Assembly (NCBI GenBank): GCA_023205875.1
Contig: CP060761.1
Location: 682,001-746,000 of the forward strand
Length of the DNA: 64,000 bases
Direction of reading: 5' to 3'
Origin: Chloropicon primus
Lineage: Eukaryota
This document shows positions 1 through 15,300 of the stretch, in pieces. Every line of letters starts with the position of its first letter. Positions within the stretch are counted from its first letter, which is position 1. Below the pieces are notes generated by a model that was not told the origin of the DNA, ran no database searches, and saw only the letters and a program-made list of their open reading frames with translations. Made by a program: the position numbers and the translations under genes.

Positions 1-399
1 CAATGCGTTACCTGTTCCTGCATAAGGACTCACATCAGTCAGGTAATGCGACATGACCTTACTGTAGTCCATGCTCGAAATTCCAACAAAAACACCCACT
101 AAGGACGACCTTGTAGGCATTGGTGTCAAAGCTTCCCAAGCACTTTGCAGGAGAAGTCTCTGTTGAGGGTCCATAAGCATTGCTTCGCCTTGAGACATGC
201 GTAGACATTCTGAGTCAAACATCTCAACTTGGCATATCAATGCACCGAAGTATGCCCCCATAGGACCAGCACGCCATGCAATAGATTCTGCATCTGCACG
301 CTCATACACTGCACTGCAATCCAAACCACACGTCTCCTCAAGGGTACGCATCTTTCCTGGAGCACGACTAGACACCGATGACACATATATCAACATGTC
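1..399 (-). other. Module M13 (partial): N-terminal part of a KS
   Basis: Matches the M12 KS start at offset 5,001 (DPQQRLLL, GVFVGISSMDY). Confidence 0.9.
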
Positions 400-3300
400 C
401 TCGGAGATCTTGCCACCGGGAATGCCTTGCGCAACGGTCTGCTCTTCCATTTCATACACAGCGTCTTCAGGAGCCAGTGTCTCGCTGATGAACCCTGCGA
501 CTGCATTGATGTTTGGATAATCAAACACCAAAGTAGTGGGCAATTCCACACCCATGCTCTGTTGAACCGTGTTATGAAGCTCCACAGCTCCTAAGGAGTC
601 CAAACCTGCATCCAAGAGCGGCTCATCCCCACCAACTTCACGGCCGAGAACGTCTCCAACAACACCTGTGAGGTAAGTTTCAATCTGGGACGTGCGCTCG
701 TTTTCTGAAAGCTTTGCAAGCTGTGCAGCAAAGCCAGTCTGACCTGAAACAGATTTACTACCATCAGTTTCAAGCGCATCTCTTTCTACTTCACTGAAGA
801 AAGCAGGAACAGAAGGCATCAATTTCAGGAAGCGGCCCCATGAGATTGGTGCTGCCGCTACCAAAGGCAAAGACATGCCAGCACTGACACTATCATTGGC
901 GGATCGCAAGATACTTCCCAAAACACACAAACCTTCAACTGACGTCAAAGATTGCATGCCAACACGTTCCAGTCTCGAGGACGTAGAGGAAGACTGCAGA
1001 GCCATTCCTCCACCAGACCATGCTCCCCACTGAATGCTGGTGGCACAGCCTCCCTGAGACTCCATGGCGCTGGACCACGTGTCCAAGTAGGCATTGGCTG
1101 CACTGTAGTTGGATTGACCCGCTGAGCCTAGCAACGACGCTATGGAAGAGAACAACAGTTGAGAGGAAACACTGTGACCCCAAGAGCGCGCATGCAAATG
1201 ATGCAAGGCATCCACCTTGGGTGCAAAGACAGTGCGTACACTCTGCATGCTCTGAGATCCCAAAAGCATATCAGACAGCAAGCCTCCAGCATGCATCACT
1301 TGAGCCAAAGGCATGTCAAGGCCTGGCCACGACAAAGCACTGCTGCACTCCTCCTGGGAGCCTGCATCGCATCTAATGGCACAGAACACTGCACTGCTCG
1401 ATGGATCTTGCAAACTCAACAAGGCAGACTTGGATTTGTCCATGTCAACAGGCAACCTGTAATGACCAGAACGTCCGGCAAGCCTGAGATCAGGGGTCAT
1501 GTGTTGGGCAGCCCACTGACCCATAAGGGATCCAAGGGCACCCAAACCACCTGTCACAAAAGAGCAACCAGACTCCTGCATACTCAACAGACTTGTGGTG
1601 CCAAGACCCTGGCTCACAACAACCTTGCCAACATGCTTAGCACCAGCCAGCCAACGGAGGGCAGCTTGAACGCCGTTCAGTGTATGAGAAGTACTTCTCA
1701 GCCCTGACACGGCACCCTCTGCAATACCACCAGCAAGACGGCACAGTGCCTGGTGTGTCCTGGCAGGAGGCAAGAAGTCCACCGCCAAAAGACTGTAAAC
1801 CACATCAGGACGCTCCCGGTGTACACCAGATGGACTCCAAATGTCGCGCTTACCAATCTCCACCAACTGACCACCAAGGTGCAAGCAAGATAAACTTGCT
1901 CCGACCATACCTGATGATGTCAGCGAGTTGAGAATCAAGCCCATGCCTTCCACCTGTCCATTGTAAGCCGTTTGTCCCAAATCAGCATACCTGGTCGATC
2001 GCGAACTCACAACATGTTGTACGCCCATAGATCTCAGCAAGTGCCTCTTCAAACTGCTACCTGCTGTGGCCCACATCTCGCCACCAAGGGCATGAACCAC
2101 TTGACAAGCAGCCAGGCCTATGCCTCCCGCAGCGGCATGCACCAGTACAGCCTGACCTGCATTGCTTGGAAGAGATGCTGCATGGCACATGGCAACATCT
2201 ACGGTCATGAACACAGTGACCATGGTGCATGCCTCCACAAAACTAGCGGCCTTGGGAATAGGCACAACAAGCTGATGCAGAGTGTATGCGTGCGATCCCA
2301 GACAACCAGGTGCCAAACCTGCCACCCGGATGCCAACCTGCAATGCATCTGGAGCATCATGCAGATGACGGGTGTCCCACACATCACTCACGATACCAGA
2401 CATGTCACTTCCTGGAGGACCAGGATCTCCTGGATAAGCTCCAAGAACATTCAAGACGTCCCTGAAATTTAGACCAACAGCCATTACCTGAAGGAATACC
2501 ATGCCCTCCCCTCCCGCGTCAGAATCCAGCTTGTGTGCAGCCAAACTACTCAAAGAGCCCCTTGGGCTGGGTACAAGCTGAGAATAAGACAAAGAGGAAG
2601 ACACTCTACCATGCAGCAAACGAGACTGGAGCCAAGTGTTTTGCCTGATAGCAGCTTCCAGGTCGTGCAATGACGTTGTCAGGCTCTGTGCAGACACATC
2701 ACTTGGAGCATACATATCAAGATCCACATCATGCATTGCTTGACGTGGGCGCTCCTGAGCCAATGTACGCATCAAACCCAGCATACTTCCGAATGACCAG
2801 TTGCTGAGGGACGAGGAGCTGCTTGACCAAGCCGCAGGCAAGCATCCCAAAACAAGAGCAACAAGCTTGCTCGCGCCTGTTACACTTTCAGGAAGCTGTT
2901 GCAGTAAAGCCATTACTGCTTGAGTCACCAGCATACTGGCATTCACGCCAAGGCCAGGATGTACTTCAAAAGCAATCTCACTCTGGTCCTGCTCCAACAA
3001 AATGGTGAAGCGAGAAAGATCATGTCCTTGCAACGAAGAAGAAGATGGCAAAACAACACTATCACATTGCCAAGAAACCTCGTACAGGAGGTCCTTCTTT
3101 TCTGTGACAGCCTGGGCCCTACCCACTGGACGGGCACCCATCTGCCTTGCCTCCAACTCACTCAGAACGGCAACAGGGGCACCGCTCTTCCTCTGGAGCA
3201 CGTGATTTGTGATCACAGACTGTGAACCAGAAGGTGGTGCCACGGACTCTGCCAAAGCATACATATGCAAGTCATGCGTCTTCTGTGGCACACTGAAAGC

Positions 3301-6300
3301 TCCAAAGCCGGCAGGCACATAAGCTCCTCCAGACATACCGGATGACTCCGCAGAGTCACTTCCAACGTGCATCACGGCAGCCAGCTGCAAGCAGCCATCT
3401 AAGGCAGCAGGGTGAACCATCATACCTGACTCATCGTGATCACCTGGAAGGTGCTCAGGGATACTCTTCATGCATCCTTGAGCAGCCCTACCTGTCTTCA
3501 CACGCACATTCCATGCACCACTGAACTGGGGACCGTACTGAAGGCCTGCCAAAGCCAAACCTTGGCGCACTTGTGACCAATCCAGTGGTCCTTGGCAGAG
3601 ACTGCGGGTACAATCTATAGAAACGTTTGTGTCCGTAACAGCATCTGCGCTGACGATCTCACTGACAAGCCGAGAAGCTAGAGAACGCATGTGTACGCTG
3701 CCTCCGCTCGGGCCTGACATGCTGGATGAAGAGCCTATCTGAAGCTCGCCTGTCAAACACCAAATCTTGCTTTCCAAGTACAGAGGAGCACTTGTTGAGT
3801 CATCTGTTGGCGAGGCTGGCAGCATCAGAGGTGCAGCGATGGATGCCTGCACTGCAGCTCCAGGCAGCGACCCTTGATGAGCCACCGCAACCAACGCACA
3901 GGCTGTCTCCATGAAGCCAGCTCCAGGGAAGAGCACACGGCCCATCACCCTGTGATCCCAAATCCATTGCAGACTTGGACGCATCAGTTGGCTGTATGTG
4001 CACACATGAATGTCGTCGTGCAGAACGGGAACAGCGGCCAGAACCAAAGGATGGGAAACAGGTCCCACCCAGAAGCGCTGATTCTGCCAGTGCTGGCCCA
4101 CCCAACTTGAGAGCACTCCTACATTCATCATGGTGTGTCGCACCAAAGCATGAGCATTGGTTCCTTGGAACGCAAATGCACTCACACCAGAGGCATGTGT
4201 AGACTCACTCCAAGTCAAACCATTTTGCTCACGGCACAAATGACCCATGCGAGCTCCTTGCGCAGATTGAGATCCTCCCAAAATACGCGTCAGATGAGGG
4301 TTAATGTGACGCAAATGAAGCACAGGAGATGTTGTTCTATGGCATGTGCCATGAATAGCATGGATCAGGCCAACAGCTCCAGCAGCAGGCTCAGTGTGAC
4401 CCACGTAGGTCTTGCCCGCCTGAACACTGAGAGGCGCAGTTCCCTCCAAATCAGCACTTCTGGATTGCAAAAGCACCGCGTGGGCTGCACCAATCTCAAT
4501 AGGGTCTCCGAGCGGAGTACCCGTACCATGCATGTTAAGGATAGCCACAGAGGAGCTTGCCAAAGAAGCCCTCTGCATTGCACTGGATATAACCTTTTGT
4601 TGTGCTGGGCCGTTTGGTGCAGTCAAGGCAGATGAGCGACCATCTTGGTTCACAGCAGATCCTGCAAAGCACACCACATGGCCTCCTGTCTCAGCAGACT
4701 TGCCTTCTGCGTCAAGCAACAAAACACCACAAGCTTCTCCACGCACATATCCATCGGCATCTGCATCGAGGGTCTTGCACCTGCCATCAATGGCCAACAT
4801 ACCAGCCTGCTTGAACACAACACCAGTATCAGGAGCCAAGGTCAGGTTCACACCACATGCAAGTGCCATAATGCACTCCCCAAGCAACAGACTGTCACAT
4901 GCCACATGAGATCCTACTAAAGAAGAGGAGCAGGCAGTATCTGTGCTGATTGCAGGACCTTGTAAACCGTATGCATACGAAACACGACCTGCAGCAACAC
5001 TCAATGCGTTACCTGTTCCTGCATAAGGACTCACATCAGTCAGGTAATGCGACATGACCTTACTGTAGTCCATGCTCGAAATTCCAACAAAAACACCCAC
5101 TAAGGACGACCTTGTAGGCATTGGTGTCAAAGCTTCCCAAGCACTTTGCAGGAGAAGTCTCTGTTGAGGGTCCATAAGCATTGCTTCGCCTTGAGACATG
5201 CGTAGACATTCTGAGTCAAACATCTCAACTTGGCATATCAATGCACCGAAGTATGCCCCCATAGGACCAGCACGCCATGCAATAGATTCTGCATCTGCAC
5301 GCTCATACGCTGTACTGCAATCCAAACCACACGTCTCCTCAAGGGTACGCATCTTTCCTGGAGCACGACTAGACACCGATGACACATATATCAACATGTC
5401 CTCGGAGATCTTGCCACCGGGAATGCCTTGCGCAACGGTCTGCTCTTCCATTTCATACACAGCGTCTTCAGGAGCCAGTGTCTCGCTGATGAACCCTGCG
5501 ACTGCATTGATGTTTGGATAATCAAACACCAAAGTAGTGGGCAATTCCACACCCATGCTCTGTTGAACCGTGTTATGAAGCTCCACAGCTCCTAAGGAGT
5601 CCAAACCTGCATCCAAGAGCGGCTCATCCCCACCAACTTCACGGCCGAGAACGTCTCCAACAACACCTGTGAGGTAAGTTTCAATCTGGGACGTGCGCTC
5701 GTTTTCTGAAAGCTTTGCAAGCTGTGCAGCAAAGCCAGTCTGACCTGAAACAGATTTGCTACCATCAGCTTCAAGCGCATCTCTTTCTACTTCACTGAAG
5801 AAAGCAGGAACAGAAGGCATCAATTTCAGGAAGCGGCCCCATGAGATTGGTGCTGCCGCTACCAAAGGCAAAGACATGCCAACACTGACACTATCATTGG
5901 CGGATCGCAAGATACTTCCCAAAACACACAAACCTTCAACTGACGTCAAAGATTGCATGCCAACACGTTCCAGTCTCGAGGACGTAGAGGAAGACTGCAG
6001 AGCCATTCCTCCACCAGACCATGCTCCCCACTGAATGCTGGTGGCACAGCCTCCCTGAGACTCCATGGCGCTGGACCACGTGTCCAAGTAGGCATTGGCT
6101 GCACTGTAGTTGGATTGACCCGCTGAGCCTAGCAACGACGCTATGGAAGAGAACAACAGTTGAGAGGAAACACTGTGACCCCAAGAGCGCGCATGCAAAT
6201 GATGCAAGGCATCCACCTTGGGTGCAAAGACAGTGCGTACACTCTGCATGCTCTGAGATCCCAAAAGCATATCAGACAGCAAGCCTCCAGCATGCATCAC

Positions 6301-9300
6301 TTGAGCCAAAGGCATGTCAAGGCCTGGCCACGACAAAGCACTGCTGCACTCCTCCTGGGAGCCTGCATCGCATCTAATGGCACAGAACACTGCACTGCTC
6401 GATGGATCTTGCAAACTCAACAAGGCAGACTTGGATTTGTCCATGTCAACAGGCAACCTGTAATGACCAGAACGTCCGGCAAGCCTGAGATCAGGGGTCA
6501 TGTGTTGGGCAGCCCACTGACCCATAAGGGATCCAAGGGCACCCAAACCACCTGTCACAAAAGAGCAACCAGACTCCTGCATACTCAACAGGCTTGTGGT
6601 GCCAAGACCCTGGCTCACAACAACCTTGCCAACATGCTTAGCACCAGCCAGCCAACGGAGGGCAGCTTGAACGCCGTTCAGTGTATGAGAAGTACTTCTC
6701 AGCCCTGACACGGCACCCTCTGCAATACCACCAGCAAGACGGCACAGTGCCTGGTGTGTCCTGGCAGGAGGCAAGAAGTCCACCGCCAAAAGACTGTAAA
6801 CCACATCAGGACGCTCCCGGTGTACACCAGATGGACTCCAAATGTCGCGCTTACCAATCTCCACCAACTGACCACCAAGGTGCAAGCAAGATAAACTTGC
6901 TCCGACCATACCTGATGATGTCAGCGAGTTGAGAATCAAGCCCATGCCTTCCACCTGTCCATTGTAAGCCGTTTGTCCCAAATCAGCATACCTGGTCGAT
7001 CGCGAACTCACAACATGTTGTACGCCCATAGATCTCAGCAAGTGCCTCTTCAAACTGCTACCTGCTGTGGCCCACATCTCGCCACCAAGGGCATGAACCA
7101 CTTGACAAGCAGCCAGGCCTATGCCTCCCGCAGCGGCATGCACCAGTACAGCCTGACCTGCATTGCTTGGAAGAGATGCTGCATGGCACATGGCAACATC
7201 TACGGTCATGAACACAGTGACCATGGTGCATGCCTCCACAAAACTAGCGGCCTTGGGAATAGGCACAACAAGCTGATGCAGAGTGTATGCGTGCGATCCC
7301 AGACAACCAGGTGCCAAACCTGCCACCCGGATGCCAACCTGCAATGCATCTGGAGCATCATGCAGATGACGGGTGTCCCACACATCACTCACGATACCAG
7401 ACATGTCACTTCCTGGAGGACCAGGATCTCCTGGATAAGCTCCAAGAACATTCAAGACGTCCCTGAAATTTAGACCAACAGCCATTACCTGAAGGAATAC
7501 CATGCCCTCCCCTCCCGCGTCAGAATCCAGCTTGTGTGCAGCCAAACTACTCAAAGAGCCCCTTGGGCTGGGTACAAGCTGAGAATAAGACAAAGAGGAA
7601 GACACTCTACCATGCAGCAAACGAGACTGGAGCCAAGTGTTTTGCCTGATAGCAGCTTCCAGGTCGTGCAATGACGTTGTCAGGCTCTGTGCAGACACAT
7701 CACTTGGAGCATACATATCAAGATCCACATCATGCATTGCTTGACGTGGGCGCTCCTGAGCCAATGTACGCATCAAACCCAGCATACTTCCGAATGACCA
7801 GTTGCTGAGGGACGAGGAGCTGCTTGACCAAGCCGCAGGCAAGCATCCCAAAACAAGAGCAACAAGCTTGCTCGCGCCTGTTACACTTTCAGGAAGCTGT
7901 TGCAGTAAAGCCATTACTGCTTGAGTCACCAGCATACTGGCATTCACGCCAAGGCCAGGATGTACTTCAAAAGCAATCTCACTCTGGTCCTGCTCCAACA
8001 AAATGGTGAAGCGAGAAAGATCATGTCCTTGCAACGAAGAAGAAGATGGCAAAACAACACTATCACATTGCCAAGAAACCTCGTACAGGAGGTCCTTCTT
8101 TTCTGTGACAGCCTGGGCCCTACCCACTGGACGGGCACCCATCTGCCTTGCCTCCAACTCACTCAGAACGGCAACAGGGGCACCGCTCTTCCTCTGGAGC
8201 ACGTGATTTGTGATCACAGACTGTGAACCAGAAGGTGGTGCCACGGACTCTGCCAAAGCATACATATGCAAGTCATGCGTCTTCTGTGGCACACTGAAAG
8301 CTCCAAAGCCGGCAGGCACATAAGCTCCTCCAGACATACCGGATGACTCCGCAGAGTCACTTCCAACGTGCATCACGGCAGCCAGCTGCAAGCAGCCATC
8401 TAAGGCAGCAGGGTGAACCATCATACCTGACTCATCGTGATCACCTGGAAGGTGCTCAGGGATACTCTTCATGCATCCTTGAGCAGCCCTACCTGTCTTC
8501 ACACGCACATTCCATGCACCACTGAACTGGGGACCGTACTGAAGGCCCGCCAAAGCCAAACCTTGGCGCACTTGTGACCAATCCAGTGGTCCTTGGCAGA
8601 GACTGCGGGTACAATCTATAGAAACGTTTGTGTCCGTAACAGCATCTGCGCTGACGATCTCACTGACAAGCCGAGAAGCTAGAGAACGCATGTGTACGCT
8701 GCCTCCGCTCGGGCCTGACATGCTGGATGAAGAGCCTATCTGAAGCTCGCCTGTCAAACACCAAATCTTGCTTTCCAAGTACAGAGGAGCACTTGTTGAG
8801 TCATCTGTTGGCGAGGCTGGCAGCATCAGAGGTGCAGCGATGGATGCCTGCACTGCAGCTCCAGGCAGCGACCCTTGATGAGCCACCGCAACCAACGCAC
8901 AGGCTGTCTCCATGAAGCCAGCTCCAGGGAAGAGCACACGGCCCATCACCCTGTGATCCCAAATCCATTGCAGACTTGGACGCATCAGTTGGCTGTATGT
9001 GCACACATGAATGTCGTCGTGCAGAACGGGAACAGCGGCCAGAACCAAAGGATGGGAAACAGGTCCCACCCAGAAGCGCTGATTCTGCCAGTGCTGGCCC
9101 ACCCAACTTGAGAGCACTCCTACATTCATCATGGTGTGTCGCACCAAAGCATGAGCATTGGTTCCTTGGAACGCAAATGCACTCACACCAGAGGCATGTG
9201 TAGACTCACTCCAAGTCAAACCATTTTGCTCACGGCACAAATGACCCATGCGAGCTCCTTGCGCAGATTGAGATCCTCCCAAAATACGCGTCAGATGAGG

Positions 9301-12300
9301 GTTAATGTGACGCAAATGAAGCACAGGAGATGTTGTTCTATGGCATGTGCCATGAATAGCATGGATCAGGCCAACAGCTCCAGCAGCAGGCTCAGTGTGA
9401 CCCACGTAGGTCTTGCCCGCCTGAACACTGAGAGGCGCAGTTCCCTCCAAATCAGCACTTCTGGATTGCAAAAGCACCGCGTGGGCTGCACCAATCTCAA
9501 TAGGGTCTCCGAGCGGAGTACCCGTACCATGCATGTTAAGGATAGCCACAGAGGAGCTTGCCAAAGAAGCCCTCTGCATTGCACTGGATATAACCTTTTG
9601 TTGTGCAGGGCCGTTTGGTGCAGTCAAGGCAGATGAGCGACCATCTTGGTTCACAGCAGATCCTGCAAAGCACACCACATGGCCTCCTGTCTCAGCAGAC
9701 TTGCCTTCTGCGTCAAGCAACAAAACACCACAAGCTTCTCCACGCACATATCCATCGGCATCTGCATCGAGGGTCTTGCACCTGCCATCAATGGCCAACA
9801 TACCAGCCTGCTTGAACACAACACCAGTATCAGGAGCCAAGGTCAGGTTCACACCACATGCAAGTGCCATAATGCACTCCCCAAGCAACAGACTGTCACA
9901 TGCCACATGAGATCCTACTAAAGAAGAGGAGCAGGCAGTATCTGTGCTGATTGCAGGACCTTGTAAACCGTATGCATACGAAACACGACCTGCAGCAACA
10001 CTCAATGCGTTACCTGTTCCTGCATAAGGACTCACATCAGTCAGGTAATGCGACATGACCTTACTGTAGTCCATGCTCGAAATTCCAACAAAAACACCCA
10101 CTAAGGACGACCTTGTAGGCATTGGTGTCAAAGCTTCCCAAGCACTTTGCAGGAGAAGTCTCTGTTGAGGGTCCATAAGCATTGCTTCGCCTTGAGACAT
10201 GCGTAGACATTCTGAGTCAAACATCTCAACTTGGCATATCAATGCACCGAAGTATGCCCCCATAGGACCAGCACGCCATGCAATAGATTCTGCATCTGCA
10301 CGCTCATACGCTGTACTGCAATCCAAACCACACGTCTCCTCAAGGGTACGCATCTTTCCTGGAGCACGACTAGACACCGATGACACATATATCAACATGT
10401 CCTCGGAGATCTTGCCACCGGGAATGCCTTGCGCAACGGTCTGCTCTTCCATTTCATACACAGCGTCTTCAGGAGCCAGTGTCTCGCTGATGAACCCTGC
10501 GACTGCATTGATGTTTGGATAATCAAACACCAAAGTAGTGGGCAATTCCACACCCATGCTCTGTTGAACCGTGTTATGAAGCTCCACAGCTCCTAAGGAG
10601 TCCAAACCTGCATCCAAGAGCGGCTCATCCCCACCAACTTCACGGCCGAGAACGTCTCCAACAACACCTGTGAGGTAAGTTTCAATCTGGGACGTGCGCT
10701 CGTTTTCTGAAAGCTTTGCAAGCTGTGCAGCAAAGCCAGTCTGACCTGAAACAGATTTGCTACCATCAGCTTCAAGCGCATCTCTTTCTACTTCACTGAA
10801 GAAAGCAGGAACAGAAGGCATCAATTTCAGGAAGCGGCCCCATGAGATTGGTGCTGCCGCTACCAAAGGCAAAGACATGCCAGCACTGACACTATCATTG
10901 GCGGATCGCAAGATACTTCCCAAAACACACAAACCTTCAACTGACGTCAAAGATTGCATGCCAACACGTTCCAGTCTCGAGGACGTAGAGGAAGACTGCA
11001 GAGCCATTCCTCCACCAGACCATGCTCCCCACTGAATGCTGGTGGCACAGCCTCCCTGAGACTCCATGGCGCTGGACCACGTGTCCAAGTAGGCATTGGC
11101 TGCACTGTAGTTGGATTGACCCGCTGAGCCTAGCAACGACGCTATGGAAGAGAACAACAGTTGAGAGGAAACACTGTGACCCCAAGAGCGCGCATGCAAA
11201 TGATGCAAGGCATCCACCTTGGGTGCAAAGACAGTGCGTACACTCTGCATGCTCTGAGATCCCAAAAGCATATCAGACAGCAAGCCTCCAGCATGCATCA
11301 CTTGAGCCAAAGGCATGTCAAGGCCTGGCCACGACAAAGCACTGCTGCACTCCTCCTGGGAGCCTGCATCGCATCTAATGGCACAGAACACTGCACTGCT
11401 CGATGGATCTTGCAAACTCAACAAGGCAGACTTGGATTTGTCCATGTCAACAGGCAACCTGTAATGACCAGAACGTCCGGCAAGCCTGAGATCAGGGGTC
11501 ATGTGTTGGGCAGCCCACTGACCCATAAGGGATCCAAGGGCACCCAAACCACCTGTCACAAAAGAGCAACCAGACTCCTGCATACTCAACAGACTTGTGG
11601 TGCCAAGACCCTGGCTCACAACAACCTTGCCAACATGCTTAGCACCAGCCAGCCAACGGAGGGCAGCTTGAATGCCGTTCAGTGTATGAGAAGTACTTCT
11701 CAGCCCTGACACGGCACCCTCTGAAATACCACCAGCAAGACGGCACAGTGCCTGGTGTGTCCTGGCAGGAGGCAAGAAGTCCACCGCCAAAAGACTGTAA
11801 ACCACATCAGGACGCTCCCGGTGTACACCAGATGGACTCCAAATGTCGCGCTTACCAATCTCCACCAACTGACCACCAAGGTGCAAGCAAGATAAACTTG
11901 CTCCGACCATACCTGATGATGTCAGCGAGTTGAGAATCAAGCCCATGCCTTCCACCTGTCCATTGTAAGCCGTTTGTCCCAAATCAGCATACCTGGTCGA
12001 TCGCGAACTCACAACATGTTGTACGCCCATAGATCTCAGCAAGTGCCTCTTCAAACTGCTACCTGCTGTGGCCCACATCTCGCCACCAAGGGCATGAACC
12101 ACTTGACAAGCAGCCAGGCCTATGCCTCCCGCAGCGGCATGCACCAGTACAGCCTGACCTGCATTGCTTGGAAGAGATGCTGCATGGCACATGGCAACAT
12201 CTACGGTCATGAACACAGTGACCATGGTGCATGCCTCCACAAAACTAGCGGCCTTGGGAATAGGCACAACAAGCTGATGCAGAGTGTATGCGTGCGATCC

Positions 12301-15300
12301 CAGACAACCAGGTGCCAAACCTGCCACCCGGATGCCAACCTGCAATGCATCTGGAGCATCATGCAGATGACGGGTGTCCCACACATCACTCACGATACCA
12401 GACATGTCACTTCCTGGAGGACCAGGATCTCCTGGATAAGCTCCAAGAACATTCAAGACGTCCCTGAAATTTAGACCAACAGCCATTACCTGAAGGAATA
12501 CCATGCCCTCCCCTCCCGCGTCAGAATCCAGCTTGTGTGCAGCCAAACTACTCAAAGAGCCCCTTGGGCTGGGTACAAGCTGAGAATAAGACAAAGAGGA
12601 AGACACTCTACCATGCAGCAAACGAGACTGGAGCCAAGTGTTTTGCCTGATAGCCGCTTCCAGGTCGTGCAATGACGTTGTCAGGCTCTGTGCAGACACA
12701 TCACTTGGAGCATACATATCAAGATCCACATCATGCATTGCTTGACGTGGGCGCTCCTGAGCCAATGTACGCATCAAACCCAGCATACTTCCAAATGACC
12801 AGTTGCTGAGGGACGAGGAGCTGCTTGACCAAGCCGCAGGCAAGCATCCCAAAACAAGAGCAACAAGCTTGCTCGCGCCTGTTACACTTTCAGGAAGCTG
12901 TTGCAGTAAAGCCATTACTGCTTGAGTCACCAGCATACTGGCATTCACGCCAAGTCCAGGATGTACTTCAAAAGCAATCTCACTCTGGTCCTGCTCCAAC
13001 AAAATGGTGAAGCGAGAAAGATCATGTCCTTGCAACGAAGAAGGAGATGGCGAAACAACACTATCACATTGCCAAGAAACCTCGTACAGGAGGTCCTTCT
13101 TTTCTGTGACAGCCTGGGCCCTACCCACTGGACGGGCACCCATCTGCCTTGCCTCCAACTCACTCAGAACGGCAACAGGGGCACCGCTCTTCCTCTGGAG
13201 CACGTGATTTGTGATCACAGACTGTGAACCAGAAGGTGGTGCCACGGACTCTGCCAAAGCATACATATGCAAGTCATGCGTCTTCTGTGGCACACTGAAA
13301 GCTCCAAAGCCGGCAGGCACATAAGCTCCTCCAGACATACCGGATGACTCCGCAGAGTCACTTCCAACGTGCATCACGGCAGCCAGCTGCAAGCAGCCAT
13401 CTAAGGCAGCAGGGTGAACCATCATACCTGACTCATCGTGATCACCTGGAAGGTGCTCAGGGATACTCTTCATGCATCCTTGAGCAGCCCTACCTGTCTT
13501 CACACGCACATTCCATGCACCACTGAACTGGGGACCGTACTGAAGGCCTGCCAAAGCCAAACCTTGGCGCACTTGTGACCAATCCAGTGGTCCTTGGCAG
13601 AGACTGCGGGTACAATCTATAGAAACGTTTGTGTCCGCAACAGCATCTGCGCTGACGATCTCACTGACAAGCCGAGAAGCTAGAGAACGCATGTGTACGC
13701 TGCCTCCGCTCGGGCCTGACATGCTGGATGAAGAGCCTATCTGAAGCTTGCCCGTCAAACACCAAATCTTGCTTTCCAAGTACAGAGGAGCACTTGTTGA
13801 GTCATCTGTTGGCGAGGCTGGCAGCATCAGAGGTGCAGCGATGGATGCCTGCACTGCAGCTCCAGGCAGCGACCCTTGATGAGCCACCGCAACCAACGCA
13901 CAGGCTGTCTCCATGAAGCCAGCTCCAGGGAAGAGCACACGGCCCATCACCCTGTGATCCCAAATCCATTGCAGACTTGGACGCATCAGTTGGCTGTATG
14001 TGCACACATGAATGTCGTCGTGCAGAACGGGAACAGCGGCCAGAACCAAAGGATGGGAAACAGGTCCCACCCAGAAGCGCTGATTCTGCCAGTGCTGGCC
14101 CACCCAACTTGAGAGCACTCCTACATTCATCATGGTGTGTCGCACCAAAGCATGAGCATTGGTTCCTTGGAACGCAAATGCACTCACACCAGAGGCATGT
14201 GTAGACTCACTCCAAGTCAAACCATTTTGCTCACGGCACAAATGACCCATGCGAGCTCCTTGCGCAGATTGAGATCCTCCCAAAATACGCGTCAGATGAG
14301 GGTTAATGTGACGCAAATGAAGCACAGGAGATGTTGTTCTATGGCATGTGCCATGAATAGCATGGATCAGGCCAACAGCTCCAGCAGCAGGCTCAGTGTG
14401 ACCCACGTAGGTCTTGCCCGCCTGAACACTGAGAGGCGCAGTTCCCTCCAAATCAGCACTTCTGGATTGCAAAAGCACCGCGTGGGCTGCACCAATCTCA
14501 ATAGGGTCTCCGAGCGGAGTACCCGTACCATGCATGTTAAGGATAGCCACAGAGGAGCTTGCCAAAGAAGCCCTCTGCATTGCACTGGATATAACCTTTT
14601 GTTGTGCAGGGCCGTTTGGTGCAGTCAAGGCAGATGAGCGACCATCTTGGTTCACAGCAGATCCTGCAAAGCACACCACATGGCCTCCTGTCTCAGCAGA
14701 CTTGCCTTCTGCGTCAAGCAACAAAACACCACAAGCTTCTCCACGCACATATCCATCGGCATCTGCATCGAGGGTCTTGCACCTGCCATCAATGGCCAAC
14801 ATACCAGCCTGCTTGAACACAACACCAGTATCAGGAGCCAAGGTCAGGTTCACACCACATGCAAGTGCCATAATGCACTCCCCAAGCAACAGACTGTCAC
14901 ATGCCACATGAGATCCTACTAAAGAAGAGGAGCAGGCAGTATCTGTGCTGATTGCAGGACCTTGTAAACCATATACATACGAAACACGACCTGCAGCAAC
15001 ACTCAATGCGTTACCTGTTCCTGCATAAGGACTCACATCAGTCAGGTATTGCGATGTAACCTTACTGTAGTCCATGCTCGAAATTCCAACATAAACACCC
15101 ACTGGGGACGACCTTGTAGACAGTCCTGACAAAGCTTCCCAAGATCCCTCCAACAATAATCTCTGTTGAGGATCCACAAAGGTTGTTTCACTTGGAGACA
15201 AGCCCACAGATTCTGAGTCAAACATCTCAACTTGGCATATCAATGCACCGAAGTATGCCCCCATAGGACCAGCACGCCATGCAATAGATTCTGCATCTGC